Shown here piece by piece: positions 55,224 through 63,778 of a stretch of DNA of 64,000 nt. The translations under genes and the position numbers were made by a program. The stretch covers positions 14,017 through 78,016 of the forward strand of contig CAWGVJ010000014.1 in NCBI GenBank assembly GCA_963826005.1. Direction: 5' to 3'. The notes under the pieces were generated by a model. It did not search any database and was not told the DNA's origin. It worked only from the letters and a program-made list of their open reading frames with translations. Positions within the stretch are counted from its first letter, which is position 1. Every line of letters starts with the position of its first letter. Source of the stretch: an uncultured Solirubrobacterales bacterium (lineage in GTDB: Bacteria > Actinomycetota > Thermoleophilia > Solirubrobacterales > JBBDJG01).

Positions 55224-55617
55224 CTACTCCTGCAGCCCCACGGCTTCGAGGGCCGCGTCCCGGCTGTTGAAGTTGCGCCACCAGATGCCTTCCCGTCCCG
55301 CCACCTGTGCACCAGCCAAACCATGTCCTCGGTGGGGACGTCGCTACCGGCGCCATGGCCGCGAAGAATCACGGCTGCGACGTCAGGTCTCCAAGGTCGC
55401 GCACTTCGACGACCTCGCCCGTGTAGTCGGGGAAGACGTCGAACAGGCTTTTCCACCACCGGCGGATTCCGCCGTGGCCGTCGTAGTTGCCCTCCATGGC
55501 GGCAACCAGGGGGAAGGCCTGCACGTCATCGTCCATCAGCGCCAGAGAGGCGTCGAGGTCCTGCCGGTTGAAGGCGTCAGCGGCTCGGTAAACCAGCTCC
55601 ACGTTCTCCTGCGACAT
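55224..55617 (-). pseudogene. NTF2/SnoaL-like cassette L, 2 frame changes
   Basis: MSQENVELVYRAADAFNRQDLDASLALMDDDV...MEGNYDGHGGIRRWW..., AAVILRGHGAGSDVP.., ..RDAALEAVGLQE. Confidence 0.65.
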
Positions 55618-55620
55618 CGC

Positions 55621-56019
55621 CTACTCCGACAAGCCGACGGCCAGGAGGGCTTGATCAGGGTCTGGAACGCCCGCATGTAGACCATCCTTCCATGGCGGAA
55701 CTGGGCCACATAACCCGCCGCCGACTCGGTTTCGACGCCGCTGCCCTTGCCGCGGTAGCGCAGCCGCCAACGACAACCACGACATCGCCCGCCGCGAGAA
55801 CGTCATCGATGTCGGTTCGCAGAAACTCCCACGCATCGCTGAGGTCGTTCACGTATCGCCTCAGCCCGTCGTGGCCGTGGTAGACGCCCCCTTCGCCAAG
55901 TTGAGCCAAGAACGAATGCCACTCGATTTCCGGATCGGTCAGCTCGATCAGACGCGCGACGTCCTGTCGGGCGACAGCATCTATGACGGCCGACGCAGCT
56001 CCACGTTCTCCTGCGACAT
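55621..56019 (-). pseudogene. NTF2/SnoaL-like cassette M, several compensating frame changes
   Basis: MSQENVE, shift, AASAVIDAVARQDVARLIELTDPEIEWHS...YHGHDGLRRYV...VVVVG, shift, ..GKGSGVETES.., shift, ..DQALLAVGLSE. Confidence 0.6.
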
Positions 56020-56022
56020 CGC

Positions 56023-56417
56023 CTACTCCGACAGGCCGACGGCTTCGAGGGCTTCCGGTGATCCCAGAAGAACTCAACCAGGATGGTCTTGCCCTTGCGC
56101 ACCGTAATGACGGAGGTGACCTCGATCTTCAGGTCAGGACCACTGCCTTCGGCACGCCAGACGAACCTCGTGACGACTCGGTCACCCAGGTCGAGGAGTT
56201 CGATCAGTTCAAGGGTGTCGGCGTCGAAGGGCTCACGTTGCTGCTCCCATAGGCGCATGACTGCATCTCGGCCCGTGAAAGGCTCGGATCCTTCCGGCCA
56301 GCCATCCGCATACCGCACGACGACGTGCGGGTCGAACGAGTCGCCGAACGCGCCCATGTCTCCGGCGTTCCAAGCCTCGAAGGCGGCCCGCACGATCTCC
56401 ACGTTCTCCTGCGACAT
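56023..56417 (-). pseudogene. NTF2/SnoaL-like cassette N, one frame change near 56060
   Basis: MSQENVEIVRAAFEAWNAGDMGAF...VITVRKGKTILVEFFWDH, then a shift to ..EALEAVGLSE. Confidence 0.7.
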
Positions 56418-56420
56418 CGC

Positions 56421-56818
56421 CTACTCCGAGAGGCGGGCGGCTTTGAGGGCTTCGTCACGGTCGCGGAAGAAGTCCACGCGTACGGCCCTGCCGTGGCGGA
56501 GCGTGACGACCTGGTAGAGGAAGTCCTCTCCTCCGGCCCGCTGGCCCTTCCGCTGCCCCGGAGGTGCATGAGGGTGAACAGTCTGTCGCCGCCGTCGATG
56601 AGCTCTTCGGGGTCGATCCGAAAATCACCAAATACGTCGCGAAGCATCCGCCAGAACGTTTTCACGCCCTCATGGCCGTGATGGATCTCGCCATCGGGTG
56701 CAACGCGCGTCAGGTCGAACACCACATCCGGGTCCATCGTTGCGAGGGCGGCATCCCAGTCGCCTCGGTTATAGGCCGCTTGAGCACGCATGAGCGTTGC
56801 CACGTTCTCCTGCGACAT
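56421..56818 (-). pseudogene. NTF2/SnoaL-like cassette O, frame change near 56540
   Basis: MSQENVATLMRAQAAYNRGDWDAALATMDPDVVFD...LMHLRGSGRASG, shift, ..VVTLRHGRAVRVDFFRDRDEALKAARLSE. Confidence 0.65.
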
Positions 56819-56841
56819 CGCCCGCCCAGTATCCCGGAGGC

Positions 56842-57271
56842 TCAAGAGTGGGTGCGAGCGTCCTGCTCCGACAGGCCGAGTGTTCCGAGGGCTTCGGCGT
56901 GATCCCGGATGACCTCCACGCCGACGATCTTGCCCTTGCGCACGGTAAGGACGTGCGTAGGACCGAATGTCTCGACTCCGGGCCACGGCCTGCGGCCCGC
57001 CAGACGTGACCGCACCGCAACGCGGTCGCCAGGCGTCGATGAAGTCGCTGGATTCAGTTCCAGGGTGTCGGCGTCCCAGGTGTCGCGGAGTTGTTTGACC
57101 TGGCGCATGACCGCGTCCCGACCCATCGAAGCTCGCGGCCGCTGCTCCGGCCAGATCGTCCGGCATCCGCACGACGACGTGGGGTCGTACAGCTCACAGA
57201 GGGCGTCCATGTCCCCTGCGTTCCACGCCTCGAAGGCGGCTCGCACGACTCTCCACGTTCTCCTGCGACAT
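56842..57271 (-). pseudogene. NTF2/SnoaL-like cassette P, several frame changes
   Basis: MSQENVE, shift, RAAFEAWNAGDMDALCELYDP...GRDAVMRQVKQLRDTWDADTLE...LTVRKGKIVGVEVIRDHAEALGTLGLSEQDARTHS (variant J1). Confidence 0.6.
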
Positions 57272-57294
57272 CGCCCGCGCAGTATCCCGCAGGC

Positions 57295-57743
57295 TCAGGG
57301 GTCGGCGTGAGCGTCTTGCTCCGGCAGCCCCACGGCTTCGAGGGCCTCATCCGGGTCCCGAAACGACCGGAAGTGAATGATTTTCCCATCTCGGAACGTC
57401 CAGACGTAAGCGACCGGCCCCTCCAACTCGATGCCGGTGTACCGCGCCTTCGATCGCGTTCGGTGGACGGAGACGAGGCGATCACCCTCGCCAACGATTT
57501 GCTCCAACTCGACCAGCAGCCACTCCGAGCCCTCGACCCAGCGTTTCGCTGCCCGAGCGACACCCTCATGGCCGCGATACGACTCGCCAATGTGGTCCGG
57601 CAAAGTCGTGTCCTCGTAAACGACATCGGGGTCCAGGAAGGACATATCGATGATCGATCCCTGTTGCCATGCATCGAGCGTCCATGGCTCCCGAGGCCAC
57701 GTCTCCAAGAATGCTCGAAGGTTCTCCCCTTCTCCTGCGACAT
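57295..57743 (-). pseudogene. divergent NTF2/SnoaL-like cassette Q, one frame change near 57725
   Basis: MSQEKG, shift, ENLRAFLETWPREPWTLDAWQQGSIIDMSFLDPDVVYED...YRGHEGVARAAKRW...FRDPDEALEAVGLPEQDAHADP. First gene after R-element copy 1. Confidence 0.65.
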
Positions 57744-58010
57744 CGCCCGCGCAGTATCCCGCCTTGCGGTGCTCCGGCCGATGGCACCCACGTCCGTCCT
57801 ATTGCCGACCGGACTCGGTTTTGGGCACTGGCGGCTTCAGTGCCCATATCCGCATACATCCAGCCGTATCCGGCCCCATTTCGGTCGGGCGGCGCGGATC
57901 GTTCCGTGCCTCAGGTTCGCGGTGTAGAGCGGGAAAACGGCGGCTTCGTCCCTTCCCGGTCGTCGCGCTTCACACGCGAGAGGTCGCTGGTTGGATCCCA
58001 GCCGCGCCCA
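57744..58010 (+). repeat. R element copy 1 ending in a direct repeat of the tRNA-Val 3' part
   Basis: 57958..58010 is ggtcgtcgcgcttcacacgcgagaggtcgctggttGgatcccagccgcgccca. The last 45 nt equal tRNA positions 49948..49992 with one mismatch. The preceding degenerate D-arm-like gtagagcgggaaaac cannot form a cloverleaf. Hairpin GGGCACTG-gcggctt-CAGTGCCC at 57823..57845. Confidence 0.85.
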
Positions 58011-58056
58011 TCGAAGAAACGCCTGCGAGGCGTCCGTCTCCGATGCAGGACCGTTC

Positions 58057-58161
58057 TCAGCCGACCCTCGTCGGCGGGAGCGTTTGGGCATCAGCCCCGA
58101 CTGCTCGGCTAGAGATGCGGCCTGAAGGCGGCTGCTGGTAGGCCACGTTCTGCTGCGACAT
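58057..58161 (-). pseudogene. truncated cassette remnant abutting tRNA repeat 1
   Basis: MSQQNVAYQQPPSGRISSRAVGADAQTLPPTRVG stop. Only the start module is family-like. Confidence 0.5.
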
Positions 58162-58596
58162 CGCCTGCTCCGAGAGGCCCGCGGCTTCAAGGGCCTCGCG
58201 CGTGTCGAGATAGTGCCGTTGATCGATGATCTGGCCGTCCTTGAGCGTGTAGACGATAGTGAACTGAAGGTCGACAGAAGCACGGCTCCCCTTGCCTCTC
58301 GCGGACTGACGCACGACTGCGACGACACGGTCATCGCCAGCGTCAATGATCTTCTCGAGCCCGATTCTCCATTCCACGAAATCCTCGAGCCAGGCGCGAA
58401 GGAACTCGGCGAAATCCTTCTCGGCCAACGTAGGTCTTGTAGGGCGGATGCTTCACGCGCGGGCGAGGGTGGACGCGCAGGCATCGAGGCCCTGGTCGAA
58501 GACGGCGTCGGAGGCAATGGCCGGATCGCCCTGGTCAATGCCTTCCGTGAACAGGTCCCAGGCTCGCCGCACGATCTCCACGTTCTCCTGCGACAT
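58162..58596 (-). pseudogene. NTF2/SnoaL-like cassette S, 2 compensating frame changes and no stop (TAG replaced by CAG)
   Basis: MSQENVEIVRRAWDLFTEGIDQGDPAIASDAVF.., ..VKHPPYKTYVGREGF.., AEFLRAWLEDFVEWRIGLEKIIDAGDDRVVAVV...TREALEAAGLSE-QA-MSQQNV. Confidence 0.6.
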
Positions 58597-58599
58597 CGC

Positions 58600-59058
58600 C
58601 TACTCCGACAGCCCGACGGCTTCGAGGGCCTCGGCGCGTTCCAGATAGTCGTCCAATCGGATGATCAGGCCGTCCTCCACGGTGACGATCGTGAAGATCG
58701 TTGCGTTGACTTCGATGTCGCTTGTCTTTCCCTTCATCGCCAGTCGCAGCACCGCGAGAACTTGGCTGTCGCTGAGATCGGTGACCTCAAGGACGGTGAC
58801 CCGGGAGTCCTGGGCGGCATCCAGCATCTGATCGACACCACGCGCTGCGTCCTCGCAACCGCGGGCGGTGATACCGATAAGGGCCGACTTCCACTCGATA
58901 TTCGGATGCAAGTAGCGCATCGCGTCCGCGAACTCGGGCGAGACCTCACCCGCCCTCAGGCTGTCCGCAACGGAACGAGGGGCTTGCCAGTAGGCGGCAA
59001 AGGCTCGTTCCACTGCCTCGAAGTAGCGCCGCACGATCTCCACGTTCTCCTGCGACAT
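58600..59058 (-). CDS. NTF2/SnoaL-like cassette T (intact, 152 aa, long subfamily)
   Basis: MSQENVEIVRRYFEAVERAFAAYWQAPRS...LERAEALEAVGLSE. Confidence 0.8.
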   Translation of the reverse strand: MSQENVEIVRRYFEAVERAFAAYWQAPRSVADSLRAGEVSPEFADAMRYLHPNIEWKSALIGITARGCEDAARGVDQMLDAAQDSRVTVLEVTDLSDSQVLAVLRLAMKGKTSDIEVNATIFTIVTVEDGLIIRLDDYLERAEALEAVGLSE

Positions 59059-59103
59059 CGCCCGCGCAGTATCCCGCAGCCTCAGGAGTCAGTCGTGAGC
59101 GTC

Positions 59104-59502
59104 CTACTCCGACAGCCCCACGGCTTCGAGGGCATCCTCGCGCCAGGGAAGAGTTCGAAACGGACAGCTTGCCGTCCCGCATGGTCCGAAGATGTGCGAC
59201 ACGTATCTCGACGTCACGTGCCACTGCCCCTGGGTCGGGAATCGTACCCGCACGAATACCACGATCGATCGCCACGCAGGAGAACTGTTCTGGCTCTCAG
59301 GGACCACTTCGTCGAACGCGGCCAGTTCATCCTCAAGGGCGCGCCTGACTTCCTGGCCCCCGCGATACGTTCCGATCCTAGGGTCCCGATCCGGATCCGA
59401 TATTCGAAGTCCGGGTGCGTATCACGGAAGACGGCGTCACAGTCGTCCGCGACCGATGGCCTCGTACACCCCGCGGAGCGTCTCAACGTCTGCCTGCGAC
59501 AT
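59104..59502 (-). pseudogene. NTF2/SnoaL-like cassette U, several frame changes
   Basis: MSQADVETLRGVYEAIGRG.., DAVFRDTHPDFEYRI.., ..VAIDRGIRAG.., ..REDALEAVGLSE followed by TAG inside an otherwise J1-type junction. Confidence 0.55.
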
Positions 59503-59525
59503 CGCCCGCGCAGTATCCCGCAGGC

Positions 59526-59944
59526 TCAGGAGTCGGCGTGAGCGTCTTGCTCGGACAGCCCCACGGCTTCGAGGGCTTCCGCGTGATCCCAGAAGAACTC
59601 CATGGTCGAAGATCTTGCCCTTGCGCACCGTGTAGACGCCCGTCATCTCCAAGTTCGACGTCAGGACCGTGGCCTGCGCCACGCCAGATGAACCTCACGG
59701 CAACTCGGTCGGCGCCGTCGATGAAGTCGCTGATCGGTTCCAGGGCGTCGGCGTCCCAGGTCTCGCGCAGTTGCTCCAACTGGCGCATGACCGCCTCCCG
59801 ACCCACGAACGGCCCCGGCTCCGGCCAACCCTCCGCGGCCCGCACGATGACGTCCGGGTCGTAGAGCTCGCGAAGGGCATCCATGTCCCCCGCGTTCCAC
59901 GCCTCGAAGGCGGCTCGCACGATCTCCACGTTCTCCTGCGACAT
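59526..59944 (-). pseudogene. NTF2/SnoaL-like cassette V, 2 frame changes near the C-terminus
   Basis: MSQENVEIVRAAFEAWNAGDMDALRELYDPDVIVRAAEGWPEPGPFVGREAVMRQLEQLRETWDADALE..., then ..LEMTGVYTVRKGKIF.., then ..FFWDHAEALEAVGLSEQDAHADS. Confidence 0.7.
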
Positions 59945-59947
59945 CGC

Positions 59948-60343
59948 CTACTCCGACAGCCCCACGGCTTCGAGGGCGAGCCGCTTCGACATGTAGCCGA
60001 CCGCGCGCGTGATGCGGCCACCTTTGACGGTCACCACCGATGCCCAGGGAGCATCGAATCGGATCCCGGTCTGCCGGAAATGACCGATGAAGCGCTGCAC
60101 GGTGAGGAAGTTCTCGCCGTCCACCGGGCTGATCTCCTCGACCCGCATCGCAAAATCGGAGAACGCCTCCTCCAGATCGCTCCACCAGCGCCGCAGGCCC
60201 TCGTGACCGTGATACGTCGCTTCGAGCGCCCAACCTTTGGCGTTCACGATCTCGAGGTCCGGAGCCCAGAGCGCCTCAGCGAATTCCCCGCGCTCGATTG
60301 CCTCTCCCCAGCGCCGGACTATCTCCACGTTCTCCTGCGACAT
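59948..60343 (-). CDS. NTF2/SnoaL-like cassette W (intact, 131 aa)
   Basis: MSQENVEIVRRWGEAIERGEFAEALWAPDLEIV...YHGHEGLRRWW...KRLALEAVGLSE. First gene after R-element copy 2. Confidence 0.8.
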   Translation of the reverse strand: MSQENVEIVRRWGEAIERGEFAEALWAPDLEIVNAKGWALEATYHGHEGLRRWWSDLEEAFSDFAMRVEEISPVDGENFLTVQRFIGHFRQTGIRFDAPWASVVTVKGGRITRAVGYMSKRLALEAVGLSE

Positions 60344-60607
60344 CGCCCGCGCAGTATCGCCGCCTAACGGTGCGCCTGCCTATGGACCGCGTCCGTCTAT
60401 TGCGAACCAGACTCGGTTTGGGCACTGGCGGCTTCCAGTGCCCATATCCGCATACATCCAGCCGTATCCGGCGGCATTTCTTCAAGCGGCGCGGTTCGTG
60501 TCCCGCGCCGCGTTCGGCAGCGCAAAGCGGGAAACGACGACTGTGCGCCTTTCGGGTCGTCGCGCTTCACACGCGAGAGGTCGCTGGTTCGATCCCAGCC
60601 GCGCCCA
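60344..60607 (+). repeat. R element copy 2 ending in a direct repeat of the tRNA-Val 3' part
   Basis: 60555..60607 ggtcgtcgcgcttcacacgcgagaggtcgctggttcgatcccagccgcgccca, with 45/45 identity to the tRNA 3' part. Hairpin GGGCACTGG-cggctt-CCAGTGCCC at 60420..60443. Confidence 0.85.
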
Positions 60608-60622
60608 TGTCGGGTCGCCTAT

Positions 60623-61980
60623 TTACGCCGGCAGGCGACGTTCATGCACTGCAGCGGGTCGCCATTGCCGAAGGCCCTGTTCCCGCCGCCGTCGAGCACG
60701 CCCGCGATCGCCTCGATGCCGAGATCGAAGTTCGAGCTAGCCCTGTTCGCCACCAGGGCGACCTTGTCGCTCCTCACGTCGATCCCGTCGTCACCGTTTC
60801 GATCCGTGCGGTTGCCGCGCAGCTCGGAGACCTGGATGTGCGTATCCGGATCCGATCATCTCCCGGCCGAAGTGGATGCCGTCCACGCCATTCTTAACCG
60901 AGCGGTTTCCGGCGATGACCATGCCGCCCTGCGTCCTCGTACAGGATCTCGATGAAGATCCCGTGTCCAGAGTTGCTGCGAAGAAGGTTCGATGCGACGG
61001 CGTTGCGGCGGCTCTCGCCGCTGATCACGATCCCGCCGAGACCGCCGTTCTCGACGATCCGGTTTCCGGCAATCCGGTTGTCCTCGCTCTCCCCCACCGT
61101 GATTCCGCCCGACCAGTTGATCGGATGTGGAGGCCGTCGGGGCATTGCGAGAAATGATGTTCCGCTCCACCCGGTTTCGTCTGCGCTCCCTCGCTCATGT
61201 CTATGCCGGTGGAGCCGTTGTCCCACACACGATTGCCCTCGATGGAATTCTCGGAGGCCCCGTCCACGAGGCTGATCCCGGCACCGCGATTCGCGAAGGA
61301 GCGATTTCCCCTGATCGACAGGTTTCTGGTGCTAAAGAGGAACAGGCCGATGCCGTTGCCGAACGCGACATTGTCCTCCAGTCGGTCTCCAGCGACACCG
61401 CCGGCAAGCTCGATCCCGAAGCCGGAGTTTCGGCCTATGACGTTCCCGGTGATCGTCGTGCGCCCCTGAGGCTCGTAGACCGCGATGCCGGCGCTGTTGT
61501 TGTCCAGCGCGCGGTTGCCCTCTATTCGGCCATTCGACATGAGAGAGGTCGACGATGCCGCCGAAGCCGCTGTTGTCGTGGAGCCGAAGTCGGAGCAACG
61601 AGTTGTGATCCGCGATGATGACCTGAACGCCGTGCGCGAACTCGCGCACGGTGCCGTCTCGGATGGTTACCCCGTCGTGCCCTGCCTCTTGGCCGACTGC
61701 AGCTGTCGAACCGACCGTTCCGAATGCCCGTGTCGCAGCCAAGACCAGGACGAGGATCGCCGTCGCCGTCGACGGTGTGACCGTTCAAATCGAGGGTGAC
61801 GTTGTCGGCCCCGATCACGAGGCCATCGCCGGGGCAGTCGACCAGGTCCGAGTCGAGCGTCGTGTCCTGCGTGATCACGTCGCCGCACTGGACGTGGTTC
61901 GCGAGCGCCTGGCTGCCGTTCGCGAGAAGCGCCGTCACCGTGAGCGCCGTTAGAAGGCCTGGCCAATTGAGTCTGGGCAT
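60623..61980 (-). pseudogene. secreted right-handed parallel beta-helix repeat protein (NosD/CASH-like), multiple frame changes
   Basis: SD GGAGGG plus ATG 61980. MPRLNWPGLLTALTVTALLANGSQALA signal. Repeated ..GN.I..N...GI.. units spread over ORFs 61522..61980, 61332..61742, 61025..61540 and 60894..61226. C-terminus NRASSNFDLGIEAIAGVLDGGGNRAFGNGDPLQCMNVACRRK, TAA at 60625-60623. Confidence 0.7.
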
Positions 61981-62039
61981 CCGTTCCCTCCGTTCGCGAT
62001 CCGACCCTACCGGCGCGGGTAGCGCTGCGGCAAGGGGTC

Positions 62040-62235
62040 AGGCCTTGGGCACTGGCGGCCGTCCGGTGCCCATATCCGCGTAGATCCAGCCGTATCCGGC
62101 ACCATTTCGGTGGGGCGGCCCGGATCGTCCATTGCGTCAGGTTCGCGGCGTAAAGCGGGAAACGGCGACTTCGGGCCTCGTAGGTCGTCGCGCTTCACAC
62201 GCGAGAGGTCGCTGGTTCGATCCCAGCCGCGCCCA
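62040..62235 (+). repeat. R element copy 3 ending in a direct repeat of the tRNA-Val 3' part
   Basis: 62183..62235 has 45/45 identity. It is followed by tcgacgacgatgcctcaggaggagtcggcgtgagcg, the same string that follows the genuine tRNA at 49993. Hairpin GGGCACTGG-cggccgt-CCGGTGCCC at 62047..62071. Confidence 0.85.
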
Positions 62236-62249
62236 TCGACGACGATGCC

Positions 62250-62669
62250 TCAGGAGGAGTCGGCGTGAGCGCCTTGCTCCGACAGCCCCAGAGTTTCGAG
62301 CGCCTCCGTGTGGTCCCAGAAGAACTCCAGGTAGCGGATCTTGCTTTTGCGCACCGTAAACACCGCTGTCATCTCCATGTTCGCCTCAGGGCCATGGCCA
62401 ACCCCACGCCAAACCATCCTCACCACTACCCGGTCGCCGGCGTGGATGAAGCTGATCGCTTCCACGGCGTCGGCATCGAAGGCCTCCCGCTGCCGCTCGA
62501 ACTGGCGCATGACCGCCTCTCGACCTATCAAGGGCCCCGGCTCTGGCCAACCTTCCAAGTCGGTCAGGGTCATGGCGTTCGGGTCGTACAGCTCACGAAG
62601 AGCATCCGTGTCTCCGCTATTCCACGCCTCGTAGGAGGCTCGCACGATCTCCACGTTCTCCTGCGACAT
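62250..62669 (-). CDS. NTF2/SnoaL-like cassette X (intact, 139 aa)
   Basis: MSQENVEIVRASYEAWNSGDTDALRELYDPNAM...WPEPGPLIGREAVMRQFERQREAFDADAVE...FFWDHTEALETLGLSEQGAHADSS. Confidence 0.8.
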   Translation of the reverse strand: MSQENVEIVRASYEAWNSGDTDALRELYDPNAMTLTDLEGWPEPGPLIGREAVMRQFERQREAFDADAVEAISFIHAGDRVVVRMVWRGVGHGPEANMEMTAVFTVRKSKIRYLEFFWDHTEALETLGLSEQGAHADSS

Positions 62670-62672
62670 CGC

Positions 62673-63131
62673 CTACTCCGACAGCCCCACGGCTTCGAGG
62701 GCGTCTCGCCGGTCGAGGTAGTCGTGGATTCGCCACACCAATCCATCGCGCAGGGTCACCACAGTCGACATCCGCGCGCTGACCTCGATTCCGCTGCCCT
62801 TGCCCTTGAGAGCACCATCGACCACGGCGATGACTTGATCGTCATCGCCAGCGATCAGTTCGGCGATCGTCAGGACGTAGCTCTCGGCCGCTTCCAGGAA
62901 CTCATCCCAGGCTTGCGCCACGCCGAGATAGCCTCGGTAGGTCTTGGTCGAAAAGGCAGGCGTCCATTCGAGTTCGGGGTGCACATAGGTCATCAGATCC
63001 TCGGCCTCTGGCGGAAGCGTGCCTGCCTGGAACGTGGCGGCATAGGAGTAGGGCTTCTTCCAGTAGGCCTCCCCGACTCGGGCAGAGGCGTCGAAGAAGC
63101 GCTTCACGATCTCCACGTTCTCCTGCGACAT
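62673..63131 (-). CDS. NTF2/SnoaL-like cassette Y (intact, 152 aa, long subfamily)
   Basis: Start at ATG 63131 within ORF 62673..63218. MSQENVEIVKRFFDASARVGEAYWKKPYS...LDRRDALEAVGLSE. First gene after R-element copy 4. Confidence 0.8.
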   Translation of the reverse strand: MSQENVEIVKRFFDASARVGEAYWKKPYSYAATFQAGTLPPEAEDLMTYVHPELEWTPAFSTKTYRGYLGVAQAWDEFLEAAESYVLTIAELIAGDDDQVIAVVDGALKGKGSGIEVSARMSTVVTLRDGLVWRIHDYLDRRDALEAVGLSE

Positions 63132-63349
63132 CGCCCGCGCAGTATCCCGCCTATCGGTGCGCCTGCCGATGGCGCCCGCGTCCGTCCTGTTCCGGGACGC
63201 AGCCTTATCCAGCCCCATTTCGGTCGGGCGGCCCGGATGCCTAATTGCGCCGCAGTGCCCGGTGCCAAGCCGGAAACGGTGATTTCGTGCCTTTCGGGTC
63301 GTCGCGCTTCACACGCGAGAGGTCGCTGGTTCGATCCCAGCCGCGCCCA
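63132..63349 (+). repeat. R element copy 4 (hairpin segment missing) ending in a direct repeat of the tRNA-Val 3' part
   Basis: 63297..63349 has 45/45 identity. The upstream part shares ccatttcggtcgggcggcccggat and ..ccggaaacggtgatttcgtgcctttcgggtcgtc with the other copies. Confidence 0.8.
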
Positions 63350-63355
63350 CCTCGG

Positions 63356-63775
63356 TCAGCGACCGTCGTCTGACTTCTTCAACCCGGCAGCTTCCAGGGC
63401 CGCCGTTCGATCATCCCCGAAGTACTCCTGTGCGATGGGCTTTCCATTACGGAATGTCCACACGTGCGCGACATGGGCCTCGACTTGGGCCCCACTCTCT
63501 TTGCCCTTGCCGCTTGTCCTCATGAACGCGACCACTTTGTCGTCTGCGTCGATCAGCTCTTCGGGTTCCCAGCGGTTCGTCCCCTCCTCCCATGCCTCAC
63601 GCCCACTGTTGATGTAGGCACGCACCTGGTCACGACCGCGCACCACTGTCGGCTCTATCTGGCGGCGCGAGGCGTCCATGACGAATTCCGGCGTGACTAG
63701 GTCCCAAACTGTTTCGTCCCCGCGATCAATTAAGGCGTAGACACGCCGCACGATCTCCACGTTCTCCTGCGACAT
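63356..63775 (-). CDS. NTF2/SnoaL-like cassette AA (intact, 139 aa)
   Basis: MSQENVEIVRRVYALIDRGDETVWDLVTPEFVMD...VWTFRNGKPIAQEYFGDDRTAALEAAGLKKSDDGR. The stop lies 6 nt after tRNA repeat 4. Confidence 0.8.
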   Translation of the reverse strand: MSQENVEIVRRVYALIDRGDETVWDLVTPEFVMDASRRQIEPTVVRGRDQVRAYINSGREAWEEGTNRWEPEELIDADDKVVAFMRTSGKGKESGAQVEAHVAHVWTFRNGKPIAQEYFGDDRTAALEAAGLKKSDDGR

Positions 63776-63778
63776 CGC

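Noticed and set aside
57823-57845. Rho-independent terminator (strong GC hairpin in the R element)
   Set aside because: The T-run precedes the hairpin on the plus strand, and an A-run follows it on the minus strand. There is no downstream U-tract in either orientation.
50929-59525. Integron attC sites at the cassette junctions
   Set aside because: There is no GTTRRRY/RYYYAAC core pair, no imperfect long inverted repeat with extrahelical bases, and no intI in the window. The analogy is only organisational.
57958-63349. Additional functional tRNA-Val genes (four copies)
   Set aside because: Only the 3' 45 nt match. The upstream sequence cannot form an acceptor stem or D arm (at best 5/7 pairs), and it contains a ~25-nt insertion before the anticodon stem.
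50022-63617. Plus-strand ORFs in the array with recurring ..SPATSPAQYPAGSGVGVSVLLRQPHGFEG.. peptides
   Set aside because: They are antisense translations of the conserved junctions. They have no start/SD context and are Arg/Pro-rich between the junction echoes.
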